64,000 bases of DNA from Octopus bimaculoides (taxonomy: Eukaryota), in NCBI RefSeq assembly GCF_001194135.2, contig NC_069006.1, positions 23,624,306 to 23,688,305 of the forward strand. The letters run 5' to 3'. The notes below the pieces were generated by a model. That model made no database searches. It had not been told where the DNA came from and was given only the letters and a program-made list of their open reading frames with translations. Each line of letters opens with the position of its first letter. The first letter of the stretch is position 1. Shown one piece after another: positions 59,858-64,000 of the stretch. The translations under genes and the position numbers were made by a program.

Positions 59858-60080
59858 CCCAGATTTAGCATTCAGATTACTCTGTTGAATGTAATGCTTG
59901 TTTATTCACATCGTTTTTAATTAATCAGGCATTATCTTGTAACTTCAAGATTTTCATGATGTGGTTGTTCATTTTTAAAACAACATTATAAGGTATGTGT
60001 GAGAGGCTGGATCTGGCCAGTTTGAATATAATACCAGTAAGATGTTTGGGCCTGATATGGCAGGTTTAAATGCTAAAGGG
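59858..60080. mobile_element. piggyBac-like MITE family H
   Basis: Right end AATGCTAAAGGG-TTAA (60069-60084). Left end CCC(aga)TTTAGCATTCAGATTACTCT. A reversed partial copy ends AGAGTAATCTGAATGCTAAAGGG-TTAA at 26965, confirming the left terminus. Confidence 0.8.
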
Positions 60081-61334
60081 TTAATGTATCACATGTCTGG
60101 GTTCTTTTCTTTTTTTTTTTCTTCCTTTTGCCCCTTCCGAATCTTCTGTGGCCTACTTTCACTTTTAATTTGGGTCTCCATTTTAGTAAAGCATCTTGAT
60201 AGAAGATGGATTGATATCATTGGCACTATTATGTCACACACTCACCCCCCTCTTGTCCATACTGTAGTTTGTCATTGTTGCAAGCTTCCGATTTATCTTC
60301 AGCCAGCAGCAGCAGCAGCAACACATTTATTCCCTCCTGTCTATTAGCCATCGACCGTATTTGAACCGGATTCTGTCCCTCTTCGAATGAACATCCTTCC
60401 ACATCTTTCTTCTTTGTTCTCCATGTAAGGCTGTTCGCAACTCGGCTCTGAAAGTAATAAAGGTTTACTTGGGAGGGGGCGCTCGTAAAATATACAATGT
60501 TGCGGGGGTGGTTGGATAGGAATATCTTCTAGCAGCAGCTGTTTCTGCTACGGCCCCACCTCCTCCCTTTCGCCTTTCCATTCGTCCGTCTCAACTCCTT
60601 CATTTGACTTTGAATAATTTGGTGACAGCTTCAGTATTTACCTTCTCAATTCTCTCACCCGTCATTTATGTGGTTTCCTTCCTCTGGCTTCATCTTTCTC
60701 GCCCCCCATCCCCCCATTATTAGCAATAGCAGCATCACTAGCAGCGAAATCACTGGTTCGGTGGAGTCTTTGTTCCAAGAGAAATTCTTCGTTCGCTCTT
60801 TGCAAGAGAATGATATAACAATGTTAACTTAGAGCAAAGGGAAATAACTCAAATATGCCATTGATGGCATAGATTTTTTTTTTTTGCTCTACCCAAGATC
60901 CGAATCCTTTTTTGAGCATGACATTAGAAAGATTCTTTTAAAATGAATTTCTTGAAATTACCTTTGAGTTGTCAACGATTGCCACCAGGTTTAAATTTTT
61001 TCATTTTTTTTTTATGACTTGAAGGGAAATTTCAGGTTATTAAGAATTTTTTTTTTNNNNNNNNNNNNNNNNNNNNNNNNNNNNNNNNNNNNNNNNNNNN
61101 NNNNNNNNNNNNNNNNNNNNNNNNNNNNNNNNNNNNNNNNNNNNNNNNNNNNNNNNNNNACAAACGAAAGAAAATGACTCGCAACACATTTAGTACATGT
61201 TTATATATTCTTTAATAATAATTCAAGTTGGTTTCATGCAACAACGAAACTTTAAGTTGCATGGATCCAAGTCGTATATATATATATATACATATATATA
61301 TATAGAAAGGGAGAGAGACTTATGCTCACTCACT

Positions 61335-61368
<34 letters not shown>

Positions 61369-62447
61369 CAAAGTAATCGGATATTTCATTTAACACTCAC
61401 ACACGGTATGCCCCTAGAGGTACACATAAATTCATGCATGCACATTTGTTTTTCTTTTAAACCTGTCAAAAAAAGTTTCAAACTGTGTGTGTGTGTATGT
61501 ATTATATATCATTTAATATACACTATTAAAATAAGAGCTGCTAATAGTTTCTTGTCATTAAGACACTCGGCACATGGTTTGGTCTTCAAATAGAATAAAC
61601 CATGTGCCCCGAACCTCAAGATTGCTTGGAGACACAAGTCACGTTATATAAATATGTAATCTCAACGTCTCAATGGTAAGAAACTGTTACTAACTCTTAT
61701 TTTAAATACTGCATAGATTAAATGATATTTTATCTCTCACTGGAAGGGGTACATTTTTTGTTTATCCTACCTTAATGGGACAGTAAACTCTATGTATATG
61801 TATGATCAGCTTTTGCATTGGTTAAAACACCTCTTTACATTAGATCTGTGCAACAGCTGCAGCTATTCAAACCTTGTTCTTCCTTTTCACTTTCTGTCTT
61901 TCACACACACACACACACGTATGGATTGATGATATTGTCAAATCAAACCTAACATCCGTTGGCCCTGGGGCCACCTTCAACATCCAAATCCACAGCTACA
62001 GACTTTCCTTGGCACATTACAAGGATGCTCTACCATTGCTTTTTGTTTTGGTTCAATTTCTTGTTATTTTTCTTCCCTTCCTACTGGAGTTATTTCATGT
62101 GGTATCTTTTTACAGCTCGGTGGACTGAGACACTTTGAGAGTTAATTGCCATTGGGATGGATGGATTGATTGATTGACTCAAAACAATTCAGTGCTGTGG
62201 CCAGAACTTGAACCCCTTGACTGGATGTCGGCTTTTCTATCTTGTTAAGCCAGTCACACACTCAAAGCAACTGACAAACCTTCACACACTTTCTCTCCAC
62301 CAAATTTCTCACAAAGCATCGGTTGACTGACACTCTCTGTTTTGAATATGTGTGTGCATGTATGCATATGTGTGTATATATGTGTGCATATACATGTGTA
62401 TGTGTGTCTATGTATGTATGCATGCATATGTGTATGTTTGTGTTTAA

Positions 62448-62495
<48 letters not shown>

Positions 62496-63544
62496 NNNNN
62501 NNNNNNNNNNNNNNNNNNNNNNNNNNNNNNNNNNNNNNNNNNNNNNNNNNNNNNNNNNNNNNNNNNNNNNNNNNNNNNNNNNNNNNNNNNNNNNNNNNNN
62601 NNNNNNNNNNNNNNNNNNNNNNNNNNNNNNNNNNNNNNNNNNNNNNNNNNNNNNNNNNNNNNNNNNNNNNNNNNNNNNNNNNNNNNNNNNNNNNNNNNNN
62701 NNNNNNNNNNNNNNNNNNNNNNNNNNNNNNNNNNNNNNNNNNNNNNNNNNNNNNNNNNNNNNNNNNNNNNNNNNNNNNNNNNNNNNNNNNNNNNNNNNNN
62801 NNNNNNNNNNNNNNNNNNNNNNNNNNNNNNNNNNNNNNNNNNNNNNNNNNNNNNNNNNNNNNNNNNNNNNNNNNNNNNNNNNNNNNNNNNNNNNNNNNNN
62901 NNNNNNNNNNNNNNNNNNNNNNNNNNNNNNNNNNNNNNNNNNNNNNNNNNNNNNNNNNNNGTTGACATTTCTAAAACAAAAAAGAAAAAGAAAAAAAGAC
63001 AAAAACAGAAAACAAACAACGCAATATATAATATGTAAACTGTCAATGTCTGTAACATTAGGTCAGTTGGTGTGGGTGTGGGGTGGGGGAGGTGTTTGCT
63101 TGACCTAGAAATAGCACTGAAATTTCCCTCAAATTACAACCCCTTCCACATCATGATTTGAAGGACAACACTAGATAATGTTGTCTTTGGTACTTTTGAA
63201 GAGGCAGGGTGTTCATGGCTAGATTGCCTTTGGTCATAGGTCCACCTGATCAGGACTGACCTGGGGTTAAACGATGCAGACATCAAGCAGGGTGGCCATA
63301 TGATCGATCGGCTTTAGCTGTGAGATGATTTCTCTTCCAGACCTTGTCACATCTTCTATAACAGGTCTGTTCTCTTTACATCTAGGAAGCGAACATGGAG
63401 CCTGGAAGAGTCCCCTGGCCCTTCTATTCTTGTCAAACCGTCCAACCCATGCCAGCATGGAAGAAAAGGACATTAAATGATGATGGTGGTGGTGGTGAAG
63501 CACTACAGGGATATAAAACACTTCCTGTCCGTCACTGTGTGAAT

Positions 63545-63854
63545 GCCTATGACTCAGTGGTTAGAGTATCGGGCTCACAATCATGGGGTTGTGAGTTCAA
63601 TTCTCAGATCAAGCTGTGTTGTGTTCTTGAGCAAGACACTTTATTTCACATTGTAGAAATGAGTTGCGACGTCACTGGTGCCAAGCTGTTTCAGCCTTTG
63701 CCTTTCCCTTGGATAACGGTGGTGTGAAGAGGTGAGGCTGGTATGCATGGGCGACTGCTGGTCTTCCATAAATAACCTTGTCCAGACTTATGCCTCAGAG
63801 GAGAACTTTCTACGTGCAATCCCATGGTCATTCATGACTGAAAGGGGTTTTTCC
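63545..63854 (+). mobile_element. SINE family B copy
   Basis: Colinear with 22614-22938 apart from a small internal deletion. Confidence 0.85.
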
Positions 63855-64000
63855 TCCTGTACTTGACTAGTTCTGTATTTTATTGACTTTCCCCACTATT
63901 TCTATGAAAGGGAAAAATTGAATGTGATGGGATGTAAAGAATTTGAACTCAGAATATAAAGAATTATATCTCTAAACACTGCAGGCATTTTATCTGCCAC

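Noticed and set aside
553-63108. Long ORFs in the supplied track made of X runs or YI/CV/HT/SL dipeptide repeats
   Set aside because: They are translations of N-gaps and dinucleotide microsatellites, with no splice or homology support.
57717-64000. Search for the HHCRxCG FYVE exon (e.g. CHCCK at ~60270, RHCVNA at ~63530)
   Set aside because: Neither has the FYVE spacing or a suitable phase-0 acceptor; the exon is not in the visible sequence.

Overview
Eukaryotic, AT-rich, microsatellite-rich draft-assembly DNA with 14 N-gaps. The repeat landscape looks like an octopus/cephalopod genome (inference, not verifiable here). The window holds one protein-coding gene on the + strand, a Rabaptin-5 (RABEP1) orthologue. 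I reconstructed 21 GT-AG exons by hand from 10379 to 57031. Their phases chain into one open frame of 2670 nt (890 codons). The protein carries the hallmark Rabaptin motifs KRAKLKELFLQKEE, AQEDAEILKSVV, RTDLEMFVAVLNTQK, TWQMANDQFLESQ, CDMCNNYE and VQRDFVKLSQSLQ, and ends in the first half of a FYVE finger. The remaining FYVE exon(s) and the stop codon are not visible (in a gap or beyond 64000), and a short linker exon may be hidden in a gap between exons 5 and 6. Everything else is intronic or intergenic: several tRNA-headed SINE families, decayed CR1- and RTE-like LINE fragments, non-autonomous hAT, Tc1/mariner and piggyBac-like elements (some with intact TIRs and TSDs), minisatellites and fold-back hairpins. 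Almost all entries in the supplied ORF track are artefacts of microsatellites or N-runs. I found no convincing novel multi-gene system. The best leads are an FGPL adaptor-binding motif at the extreme N-terminus instead of mid-protein, a ~105-bp-arm intronic fold-back, a G-U-only hairpin near exon 4, a SINE with twin-priming geometry, and a paired NRF1-like motif cluster upstream.
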